From the NCBI RefSeq assembly GCF_902713615.1, contig NC_052149.1:214995623-215059622 (forward strand): a stretch of DNA of 64,000 nucleotides, read 5' to 3'. The notes under the pieces are model-generated. The model saw only the letters and a program-made list of their open reading frames with translations, was not told where the DNA came from and did not search any database. The translations under genes were made by a program, and so were the position numbers. Positions 51,246 to 61,734 of this stretch are shown here, in pieces. The DNA is from Scyliorhinus canicula (lineage: Eukaryota). Numbering within the stretch: position 1 is the stretch's first letter; each line of letters opens with the position of its first letter.

Positions 51246-52974
51246 TTTAAAAAAGCATTTCGGCACTTATTTGGGAAAGATAGGTACAGAGGGACATGGG
51301 CCAAATGAAGGCCATTGGGGCTAGCTCAGAGGTAGAAATTGGGCGGTATGGACAATTGGGCGGTATGGACATGCTGTAAACCTCTATGCCTCAATGACTC
51401 TATCCTTAGGACTATACCTCTCCACTGAAGAGTGCACAGAGCAGGTTTTCAATTTTGAATACAGAAGATGATATCAAACCATGTAATTTCTTTATTATAC
51501 AAAGGTTTATTAAAGATCCAAACATACAATTCACTTTTGATGGTAATTCAATTGCAACATTGACAGTTCCAAGAAAAGTAAGTATAATCTTGTTTCTATT
51601 AGAGAATCCAGACCTTATTAATGTTACAGTGATTTACTTAAGATATCCATCAATGTTTAAAGTAATATTTACCTTCAAACCTTGAGTAGAATGCTACAGA
51701 GACTAGCAAGGGTACCTTTATCACAATTAAGTGGGGAACTATCATCACTACATTAAAGTAGCTACCTTTACTTTGAGAATCCAACAAATCTAAAAATCAT
51801 ACTGTATATATCATAATTATACCCTAAATTAGATAAACCAGCAGGAAACATGTTGAGCCAATGGCCAATATTGTTTTTCATTAACATCCCTTAATCAAAG
51901 AGAGGTGTAGAGAATGGTCACTTCCTTGCAACTCCCAGGTTTCAGGATTCATTTAACTAGTTGTTTATGATCATTCTGAAGGTTATTCATTGTTAGATTG
52001 TGAGGCAGTATCTTACAATTTATCAGTGCCTTGCTAATGTGATGTTAAAGTCAGTTCTTGTTTTTCATAACTGCCTTGTGCTGGAGGATATACCATATTC
52101 TGTGCTACATACTATTGTTGTCCTCAGCACACAATTATGCCTGAATGTTAATATTGTGAATGTTAATAAACACTTTAAACCTTTCCCTTTTGTCCAGCAA
52201 TGTGAACTCTGCTTTTAATTTTTAATCCCTACTTCATAGGCGAATCACAATTTTAATGTTCTAACTCCTTATTTATAGCTGGATTGTCTTATAACTTTGT
52301 AATTATAGCTGAATTCCTCCATTAGAATACATAGGTGCTTGTTGGCCAGTGCAGACATGATGGCCTGAAGGGTCTCTTTTTGAGCTGTAAAACTCCATAA
52401 ACCTATGACAAGCAGCTTGTGAAAATAATAATTTATGTTCTCAACAGTTTGAAGATATCGCAAAATAGGGGCAGTAACTGTTTCTATTATATTACAGAGA
52501 AAACCTCACAATCAAGAGTCTCGCTAAAGTTAAACACTAGAAAGAGTTAAGATTAATCTTCAAGTCTGTTTGTTCTATTCGTTTTTGATTGATATTTTGG
52601 ACTTGAGGACAGAAATTTGATCTGTCAGTTCTTGGTTTGTCTCTTTATGTTTGTGTCTGCACGATGCTTATTACACCGAAATGTCTCAAATAGCTCCTCA
52701 CACTTTGAACTATTTTGAATTTCTGTGACTTCTATGTCAGGAAATATAGCAATCATTCTGTTCCACTATTTCCCCTCTACTTAGTGAGTGACTCTTGCTC
52801 CTGTGATTTCCTTCAACTCCATCTGGATCATCTACTGGAGGAAAAGGGTCATATGCTTTCCCAAAATGAAGGAAGTAAAACATTAATTAATGCTGCAATT
52901 GATTATCCCTTAACACATGTTTTTGGTAGTATTATTTGAGGAAAGTATATTGGATTAGCCACCAGATTAACTCT

Positions 52975-53452
52975 TTTTTTATTTGTTCACGGGAAGTGGG
53001 TGTCACTGGCTAGGTCAGTATTCATTTCCCATCCCTGGTTGCCCTCGAGAAGGCGGGAGTGAACCACCTTCTTGAACCATTGCAGTCCACGTGTTGTAGG
53101 AACATCCACAGTCCTGTTAGGCAGGGAGTTCTCGGGTTTGAGTCTAGCAGCAATAAAGGAAAGGTGATATATTTCCAAGTCAGGATGGTGTGTGGCATGG
53201 CGGAGAATTTGCAGGTGGTGGTGTTCCCATGCATTTGCTGCCCTGGTCCTTCTAGGTGACGGAGGATTTGGAAGGTTCTATCAAAGGAGTCTTGTCGAGT
53301 TTCTGCAATGCATCTTGTAGGTGGTATACACTGCTACTATTCTTTATCAGTGGTGGAGGGAACAAATGTTTATTGTGGTGGATGGGGTGTCAATCAAGCG
53401 GGAGATGCTTTGGCCTGGATGGTGTTGTCCTTCTTGAGTGTTGTTTGAGCTA
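52975..53452 (-). mobile_element. Family-2 LINE 3' end
   Basis: Reverse complement of ~46085-46550. Confidence 0.85.
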
Positions 53453-53956
53453 ATTCTTGGGGCTATTTTGGGAGGGGGGATCTCAGACTTATAGATGGCT
53501 TTCTATTTACAGGATGAAGAAAATAATTGGGCTGCTTCGACCACTGGATTTCAACCCTGCATGAGTAATTGTCTGGAATTAGAAAAAATGGTTGGACTCA
53601 AGGTCAGATGTGGAGGGAAGGCAAAAATTTCAGTTCAATCCTCTTCCGGCAGGGAGTGCACCTTGTAGAAAAATCCATGCATATGACTGCATTCGGTTAA
53701 ACTCCAAATTAGGCTCTGTGAAACCATGGTATTTGTTGCAGTATTGGTTCCAGCAGCTTGCCTACGAACTAAGATTTAATTGTGAGATAGCTCTGGGACT
53801 GAAAGCTAGCAACACCTAGATTTGAAAAGTCTTTCTTAATTGCCATGTTAACAGATTTCCTGTTGATTCTTTCGCGTGGGTATATTTTAAATTTATGTTC
53901 ACTCTTCATTATTATTTATCACCATCACTTTTATTTCAGGCCGCCTTTGTTGATTT

Positions 53957-54185
53957 ATTTTTTTAAATATAAATTTAGAGTACCCAATTCATTTTTTCCA
54001 ATTAAGGGGCAATTTAGCGTGTTCAGTCCACCGACCTTGCACATCTTTAGGTTGTGAGGGCGAAACCCACGCAAACACGGGGAGAATGTGTAAACTCCAC
54101 ATGGACAATAACCCAGAGCCGGGATCGAACCTGGGACCTTGGCGCCGTGAGACTGCAGTGCTACCACTGCGCCACCGTACTGCCC
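53957..54185 (-). mobile_element. HE1-like SINE with A-rich tail and 16-bp TSD
   Basis: TSD CCGCCTTTGTTGATTT at 53941-53956 and 54186-54201; head GGGCAGTACGGTGGCGCAGTGG. Confidence 0.9.
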
Positions 54186-54421
54186 CCGCCTTTGTTGATT
54201 TTTACCTCGGGCAAACCCTGCATTCCCCTCCTTTATCCAGACTGCAAGGATGTCAGAACTGTTTGGCGGTCCAGTAATGCTGACCTAGAAATGGATCTTT
54301 TCACACCCTGGCCTGAATCTTCTTCACAATAACTTCAATGTCATTATTCTTACCCCGTCAATAAACAATAGAAAGTCTTTTTGTCTGATCTATGCCCATG
54401 TGTTGCATGTAAACCAGCCCA

Positions 54422-54610
54422 GGGGCTGGTTTAGCTCACTCAGCTAAATCACTGGCTTTTAAAGCCGACCAAGCAGGCCAGCAGCATGGTTCGATTCCCG
54501 TACCAGCCTCCCCGGACAGGTGCCGGAATGTGGCGACTAGGGGCTTTTCACAGTAACTTCATTGAAGCCTACTCGTGACAATAAGCGGATTTTCATTTTT
54601 CATTTCATTT
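54422..54610 (+). mobile_element. tRNA-headed SINE family B
   Basis: GGGGCTGGTTTAGCTCACTC..GGTTCGATTCCC..gtgacaataagc+(TTTCAT)-type tail. Confidence 0.88.
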
Positions 54611-55315
54611 GTTGGTGATGAAGTTGTTGAATATCAGATCACAAAGAATCCAGAATGGTGACTTGCCTGCCTTTAAAAACGACACCCTGGTTTATGCCAA
54701 TCCTATCCCAATTAGACGAAAGTGGTCTCATCTGTCAATTGACATGCTGAATTGAATTTGACCATACTTCAATTATGCTTTTCCACAGTTTCTGTAGTAT
54801 AGAATCTTTCGCCATTTCTTCTTGTAGCTGCTGGCATTCACATTGCACAAAATGTACCAGGTCAATTTGGGGAACATCTTCAAGTTCAATGTCAATGAAG
54901 TCAACTTGTCGATCTAAGGATAAGTTTTCGCTGTGTTAGGCAATCTGCTAAGTGTTTCCGATATCACCATCAAGTTATATGGCTTGTACCTAATCTCGCA
55001 GTCGTAACATTGAATCCTTATCAAGAGACATTACAATCTTGGCAATGCATCTGAACTATCACAGTTCGGACTGTTTTTCTGCACCTGCTGACCAGGTGGT
55101 CTAGGGATTTTGTAGGCTGTTCTCAAAATGGCAAGAACTCTAGTTGATAAAAACAATGTTTAACCTGATTCTGAACCAGTCTTCCAATGTACTCAATATT
55201 TTTAGGGGACCCTTCAGCCCTTCTGCTTTTAAACCTGATGTGATCATTCCAGGCTAGAAAGTAATTTGTTATGGCTTCCTTGTCTGGTTCAGACACAACT
55301 GAATCAAGAAACCAT

Positions 55316-56024
55316 GGGCGCGATTCTCCGCCCCCCACGACGGGTCGGAGAATAGCGGGAGGGCCTTCCCGACATTTTTCCCGACCGCCCGCTATTCTCC
55401 CCCCCCGCCACGGCCGCCCCACGACACGAATCGCTGCTCGCCGTTTTTTTACGGCGAACGGTGATTCTCCCCTATCCGATGGGCCGAGTTCCCAGGCCTT
55501 TACGGCCGTTTTCACGAACTCAAACACACCTGCTCTCACCATTCGTGAAAACGGCCGCAAAGTTACGTTCCCGACAACCATGGCACCGATTGGCACGGCC
55601 GTGGTGCGGCCGTGCCAAGGGTGGCATGGGCCCGCGATCGGTGGGCACCGAACGCGGGCAGCGGGTCCGAAACCCGCGCACTCTTTGTTCCTCCACCGCC
55701 CCGCAGGATCAGTCCGCGGGGCGGCTGAGGGGCATGACGGCCCGCGCATGCGTGCGTTTGACGCATATGTGTGATGACGTCATCCGCGCATGCGCGGGTT
55801 GCAGCCGTCCAATCCGCGCATGCGCGGCTGACGTCATCGTGCACGTCAGCCGGCGTGACCCTTGGCGCGCGGGCTTAACGACGGTCGTGGTTCACGGGGC
55901 CCCGCTGCTAGCCCCGACTGGGGAGGAGAATCGGGTCCCGGGAGGGGGTGCGGAGGCTGCCGTGAAACACGGCCAGTTTCATGGCAGCCTTTGCGACTCT
56001 CCGCATTTGCGGAGAATTGCGTCC
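55316..56024. mobile_element. GC-rich MITE (copy A)
   Basis: GGGCGCGATTCTCC ... GGAGAATTGCGTCC; TSD CAT/CAT (55313-55315, 56025-56027). Confidence 0.9.
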
Positions 56025-56027
56025 CAT

Positions 56028-57419
56028 GGGCTGGATTCTCCCAACGGTAGACTAAGGGCGGAATTCTCCGCTCCCGTGCAAAATCGAGAAGGCCGTCGTG
56101 AACTCGGCCGAGTTTCACGATGGCCTCTGAGGCCGCTGCTCACACCTTATTCACCCCCACCCGGGGGGCTAGGAGAGGTGCTCCGTTATTCTCGGCTGCC
56201 GGGCCTTGTCACTGGCATCAAGGCCCGGCGCGCCGAGAATGACGCGGCCGGCGCGCCTAATGACATCAGCCGCGCATGTGCAGGTTGGCCGGCACCAACC
56301 CGCGCATGCGTGGTTGCCGTCTTCCCCTCCACTGCCCCGCAAGTCGTGGCGTCTTGATCTTGCGGGGCAGCGGAGGGGAAAGAGTGTGTTCCTTTGAGAC
56401 GCTGGCCCGGCAATCGGTGGGCACCGATCGTGGGCCCGTCCCCTCCCGAGCAAGGCCGTGGTGCTCACTCCCCTCTCCGTCCCCCACGAGCGTCCAACCA
56501 GCGTTTGGCGCCATGTTCACGGTGGCAGCGACGAGGTGGTTGCCGTCGTCGTGAACTGGTCGCGAACGGCAGGCCGCTCGGCCCATCCGGGTCGGAGAAT
56601 TGCCGCTTGCCGTAAAAAAACGGCGAGTGGCGATTCTTCCAAGCGGGTGGTGGGAGAATCGCGGGGGCGCCAGGGGGTCATGTCGTGAGTGGCCCGGCCC
56701 TCCCGCGATTCTCCCACCCAGCGTGGGGAGCGGAGAATTGCGCCCTAAGTGCCGAGCAGGAGTGAAAACTGGAGTGTTTCACTCCGGCGTCGGAGGCCGT
56801 TCCTCGCCCCCTATTCTCCCACCCCCATTTACGCGTCATTTACGCGTGCCGGGCCTTGGCGCCACGTAAATTACGCGGCCGGCGCCACGCAAATTAGGTG
56901 GCCAGCACCGCATAAATGACGTCACCCGCAGATGCGCATTTGCCGTCCTTCCCATGGACGCTCCGCAAGAAATGGAGGAGTGATCTTGCGGGGTGGCGGA
57001 GGAAAGGAGTGCGTCCTTCAGAGACGCCGGCTCGCCGATCGGTGGGCACCGATCGTAGGCCAGACTCCTTTTGAACACCCCCCGGGTGCTCGATCCTCCC
57101 TCCCCCCCCCCCCCCAGGCCGCTGCCGCGGCATTCGCGCGCTGTTCACGCCAGCAGCGACCAGGTGTGGTCGGTGCCGGCGTGAACACGTCATATTGGGC
57201 AGGCCGCTTGGCCCATCCGGGCTAGAGAATCGGCGCTCGCCCATTACAAATGGCGGGCGGCGATTCTCCGAGCGGCCTGCCATAAATCTCGGCGCCCCGT
57301 TTGGGGGGTGTGAGACAATCGCGTGCGGGTGCCGGGGCGGTGTGGTGAGACTCGCCCGGCGTCCCCGCGATTCTCCCACCCGACGTAGTGGGGGGGGTGG
57401 GGGGAAGAGAATTGCGCCC
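56028..57419. mobile_element. GC-rich MITE (copy B), interrupted by copy C
   Basis: GGGCTGGATTCTCC ... GAGAATTGCGCCC; flanks CAT/CAC. Confidence 0.8.
56056..56745. mobile_element. GC-rich MITE (copy C) nested in copy B
   Basis: GGGCGGAATTCTCC ... GGAGAATTGCGCCC; exact TSD TAA/TAA (56053-56055, 56746-56748). Confidence 0.92.
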
Positions 57420-58002
57420 CACAGCTGCTTAAACATTTTTTATACGGATATAAGGTCAGCTGCATCCCAATTCAAACTGGGGAATTCTGTGGACATTTTG
57501 ACAATATCCTTTTGGCTTTCCTCTTCTGACAGTACCTGGGATGGATGTTGCTGTAGCCGTTTTTGCACACTTTCCCAAAGCTCTGCCTGTTATAACCGCA
57601 ACATTCTGTGTCCCGATCGTTTTGTTTGTTGGTTCTTGTTTGACTCTCCCTCACTTGTTATTGATCCGACCCAAGACCTGGTCACTCGCCTTTCCTGACT
57701 GGGCTAACCCGATGCTGTCCTACTTACTGAACTGCTGCAATCACCACCATTGGTGTGTCTGCTTATCAGGTCTTCACTTGAGCACTATTCCAACATTGTC
57801 ATCAAAGCTTTTCTGCGCAGTCAGCATGCTTCAAATTTTTTTATTCATGGGATGTGGGTATTGCAGGCTGGGCTGGCATTTATTCCCATGCCTTATTGCC
57901 CTTGAACTGAGTGGCTTGCTCTGCCATTTCAGAGGGTATTTAAAAGTCAACCATTTCCTATGAATCTAGTGTCACATGTAGGCCAGAGCATGTAAGGATA
58001 GC

Positions 58003-59480
58003 AACATACAAAAAAGGAGCCGGAGTAGGCTATTTGGCCCTTCGAGCTTTACTATTCATTATGATCATGGCTGATAATCCAACTCAGTAGCCTGTTTCGG
58101 CTTTACCCCCAAATCCTTTATCTAACTCCTTCTTGAAAACATATAATGTTTTAGCCTCAACTGCTTTCTGTGGTAACAAATTCCACAGGCTCACCATGCT
58201 CTGGGAGAGTAAATTTCTCCTCATCTCAGTCCTAAATCCTCAGACTGCGACCCCTGGTTTGGGACACTCCCACCATCGGGAACACCCTTCCTGCATCTGC
58301 TCTGTTTCGTTGCTAGAATTTAGAGGTTTCTATGAGATCACCATCATTGAGGTCCTACTTTTCAACTTACTTCCTAATTCCCTATATTCTGCTCTTATGA
58401 ATTAATCCCTTTTTTTAAACCTATGTTGTTTGCACCAATGTGTTGAAATGAATGAAATGAAAATCGCTTATTGTCACGAGTAGACTTCAACGAAATTACT
58501 GTGAAAAGCCCCTAGTCGCCACATTCCGGCACCTGTCCGGGGAGGCTGATATGGGAATCGAACCATGCTGCTGGCCTGCTTGGTATGCTTTAAAAGCCCG
58601 CGATTTAGCTGAATGAGCTAAACCAGCCCCTACAACCACAACCACTGGCTGTTAAGCCACTCCTTCCAGAATGCCAAGGAGCCACTCTGAGACACCCTTG
58701 ACCCTTGCACCAAGGAGGCAACATACCATCCTGGAGTCTCGTTTGTGGCCACAGGACCAGCTATCTATTCCTCTTACAACTGAATCCCCTATAAAATTGC
58801 ATTCCTACATTCTTATTCCACCCCTGTACAGCAGAACTAACCGTAGTGTAATAAAATTTGGCTGTTGCTGCTTTCCCCTGAGAGGCAATTCCCTGCAACA
58901 GTATCCAAAACCGTATATCTGTATGGGAGGGGGATGGCCAAAAGAGATATCTGCACTACCACCCTATTCCTCTTTCTCTGCCTGGTGGTCACCCATTTAC
59001 TTCCTGCCTGTGGAGTCTTAGCCTGTGGTGTGACCATCTCTCTGTACTTGCCAGCCACGATACTCTCCTCCCCATGGATGCTTTACAACCGTGGATGCTT
59101 CACAGTTTCCCCAGCCGTTGGTCCAGCTCCAAAACCCAGGCTTCAAGGAGCTGTAGCCGGAGACACTTCCTGCACACGTGCTGGCCCTGGGCACTGGAAA
59201 TGTCCCCAGCTTCCCACATAAAGCAGAAGAGCACACCATGGCTTTTAGCTCTCCTGCCATGACTTACCACTTTAAATTAAACGTTTTGGAAGATACTTAA
59301 AATCAAATAATATCAATTACTCTGAGCCCTTCTTTCCTGGTCCTCATTACTAAAGAATATAGTCCTTACAAATTATAAACCACAAAATATAGACCTGACA
59401 AACTATTAGCCATAAAGGTAGTAAATACTTAATAGATCATGATCACCCAATCAGCTGCTTCCACTTGCCCCATGTGACTT
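58003..59480 (-). mobile_element. Internally deleted CR1: 5'UTR/ORF1 joined to the 3' end
   Basis: ORF1-like MAGELKAMVC.., WVTTR.., RYTVLDTV, GHKRDSRMVCCLLGARVKGVSE; ORF2 essentially absent; CR1 3'UTR at 58003-58340. Confidence 0.75.
58444..58630 (-). mobile_element. tRNA-headed SINE family B
   Basis: Reverse complement of 54422-54610; (TTTCA)n tail. Confidence 0.88.
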
Positions 59481-60407
59481 TGGCAGATGGCAGACATATG
59501 GCAGATAAAGGATGTTCGTGAACCTGATGGGTTTTCACAATGATCAAGAATGATTTCATGGTCATCATTAGACATTTAATTCCAGACTGTATTGGGTTCA
59601 AATTTCACCATCTGCCATAGTGGGATTGAAACCCCATTCCCCAGAGCACTGATTTAATAAAGTGACAATGCCACTATACCACCACATTCCCTTTCCAACA
59701 CTCCGCTGTGGTCTGACCAGAACGTTGAGGGTCATCTCATGCTGTATTGCACGATCTAATTCTGTTTACCATGTTGTATCAGCACTGAAATCTTGCTGCC
59801 GTGCTGTTTGACTACCACTAAGCACCATGTTATGTTGTTATAATGACACAAAGACACCAATCATAGGGATTGGGTTCATTCATTTAGACTAGGAACTTGG
59901 AACAGTTATACATAGGTAGAAAGCTTGAGAAATCGGTGACACAGCTGTGTGTGTGTTCTGCTTAAAGGCAAAAGTGAAACTAAAACTGGATCACATCACA
60001 CATTTCCCTTCTAGTGACGAAATGCTGCCAAATCTTAAAGGTGTATTGCAACACCACCCACCCCCACTATCCCCTCATGCCCCGTGACAAGCTCTGCCCT
60101 TCCATTCATCCTCTATGTCCCCTCATTCCCCATACCAGGCTCTGCCTTTTCACCCACCCCCTATGACCACTCAAGTCTCTTGAAAAGCCTGTCTTCACAC
60201 CCGACAGTCCCGTGGCTGCCTCCATACTTCTTTCTGGGTCGGCTGGCTTGACTCCAGCTTCCACCCAGTCCCCAGCCATGAAGTTCCTACCTCGGCAGAC
60301 AATTTATCCCGAGGCATGCAGGCTGAGTTGGGAATTTTGCCTACTCCCCATACCTACCTTGACGATGAAAATCCACGTCACCATCTCCATTCTTTAGGGC
60401 AGTTTTA

Positions 60408-60718
60408 ATAATAATTATATTTATTATTATCACAAGTAGGCCTACATTAACAGTGCAATGAAGTTACTGTGAAAATACCCTAGGCGCCACACTCCGGTGC
60501 CTGTTATGGTACAACGAGGGAGAATTCAGAATGTCCAATTCACCTAACAAGCACATGTTTCAAAATTTGCGGGAGGAAACAGGAACACCCGGAAGAAACC
60601 CACGGAGACACGGGAAGAACGTGCAGACACCGTACAGACAGTGACCCAAGCCGGAAATTGAACCGGGGTCCCTGGCACTGTAAAGCAACAGTGTTAACCA
60701 CTGTGCTACCGTGCTGCC
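60408..60718 (-). mobile_element. HE1-like SINE with (ATT)-type tail
   Basis: Reverse complement of 37578-37889. Confidence 0.88.
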
Positions 60719-61143
60719 TCATGTTGTCCTTACATCAGGAAGGGCAATGGCACCATTCACCCAACAGCACCAGCAAGAATCCTAAACCATTAGCATGGTC
60801 GGCATTGACTTTTAGGATATGGACAGCATTGAATGCTCAGAACGGGGAGGCTGTAGGGTGGGAAACCCACAGAACCGAGCCAAAGGTTGGAGAATGGGGA
60901 ATGGAGATAAGAAACATTTCAGCCATGATCAAATGGCAGGGCAGAATCAATAGGCCGAAAGGCCTAGTTTTGCTCTGATATATTATGGGCTTATGGTCTT
61001 AACGAACAAAGCAGCTGCCATTGTTCTTAGAGCACAGCAGGGTAAGAAATCTGGAGACTGTTTTCAAAAACATTGACTGGCTCCTCTTGCACTGAATAAC
61101 AGGAGTCTGCTGCCTAATGCTACTGCAATTCCAAACAAGTAAA

Positions 61144-61695
61144 ATGGAACATTTGGGCAGAAATAAGGCTCCAGGTTCACCGACACAGCGCACAGGATTA
61201 CAGGAGACACACATCGGTCTGAAGGTGATCAGGAGAGTCGCAAGGAAAAGCCTTCAAAGGCATTGGGAGCAGGTGACCAGGGAAGTTAATTTCTAGCACC
61301 TAGCCATAAGGTCCTGATAGTAGTGCCACATGAAGTTTAATGTCCTCATGGCGGTCGTCAAAGTTAGTGCGTGCATCTTTACATGATATTTCCACCCCAC
61401 CAACCCCACGTGGTTCAATGCATCACTCTCCCTTTACTCACGCAGCACGCCCTGGCACCCGGGACGCACATCCAACATCCAAGTGTTCCACTTCACCGTC
61501 ACATACAATCTACTTATACCAGCCTAACATCCAGTTTCCACTGGGTCCATATTTCTCCAGCTATTCAGCTGTGGCAGCCAGATCACCCAAACAGAGTGCT
61601 GCACAATCAGTGGAATGCTTCCCTTTCTCTTGCAAGAAAACGTAGCTCAGGATAGGACAGAGCAGAGCAGAACTGACAGGGGACAAGGACACCAG
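61144..61695 (+). pseudogene. Decayed Myb/SANT-like DNA-binding gene of a Harbinger transposon
   Basis: MEHLGRNKAP(R)FTD..., HWEQVTREVN..RS(W)..CHMKFN(D)L..VVK with stops; intron-like gap, then ctttctcttgca(g) and an EQSRT(GG)G-like second exon. Confidence 0.55.
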
Positions 61696-61734
61696 CAGGC
61701 TTTTAATTCACAAAAGGGATAGGATGTAATGCAT

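Larger units (their letters stand above)
46590..51402 (+). mobile_element. CR1 host element split by two antisense CR1 insertions
   Basis: Segments 46590-47012, 49344-50562 and 51246-51402 are colinear CR1 ORF2/3'UTR (LNEYFSSVFT; DFSKAF; NFFSQRVVSVWNELP). Confidence 0.88.
53846..57830 (-). mobile_element. Second, heavily deleted Gypsy relic, interrupted by SINEs and MITEs
   Basis: Minus-strand remnants FGKVCK (gag knuckle-like, ~57570), RIQCYDCEIRYKP..ETLSRLP (RNase H end, ~54935-55020), QLQEEMAKD, HMGIDQTKRL (integrase Zn finger, ~54370-54400); purine tract GGATAAAGGAGGGGAA next to a candidate short LTR (53846-54222). Confidence 0.65.
57838..59690 (-). mobile_element. SINE family C (tRNA-like head, family-2 LINE tail), split by a CR1-derived insertion
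   Basis: 57838-57905 matches the family-2 LINE 3' end; body continues to ~58002 and resumes at ~59485; B-box-like GGTTCAATCCC and a head near 59690 on the minus strand. Confidence 0.65.

Noticed and set aside
54422-54500. tRNA genes at A/B-box sequences (also ~22631, 37578, 49228, 60718)
   Set aside because: These are SINE heads continuing into SINE bodies and tails, with no complete cloverleaf.
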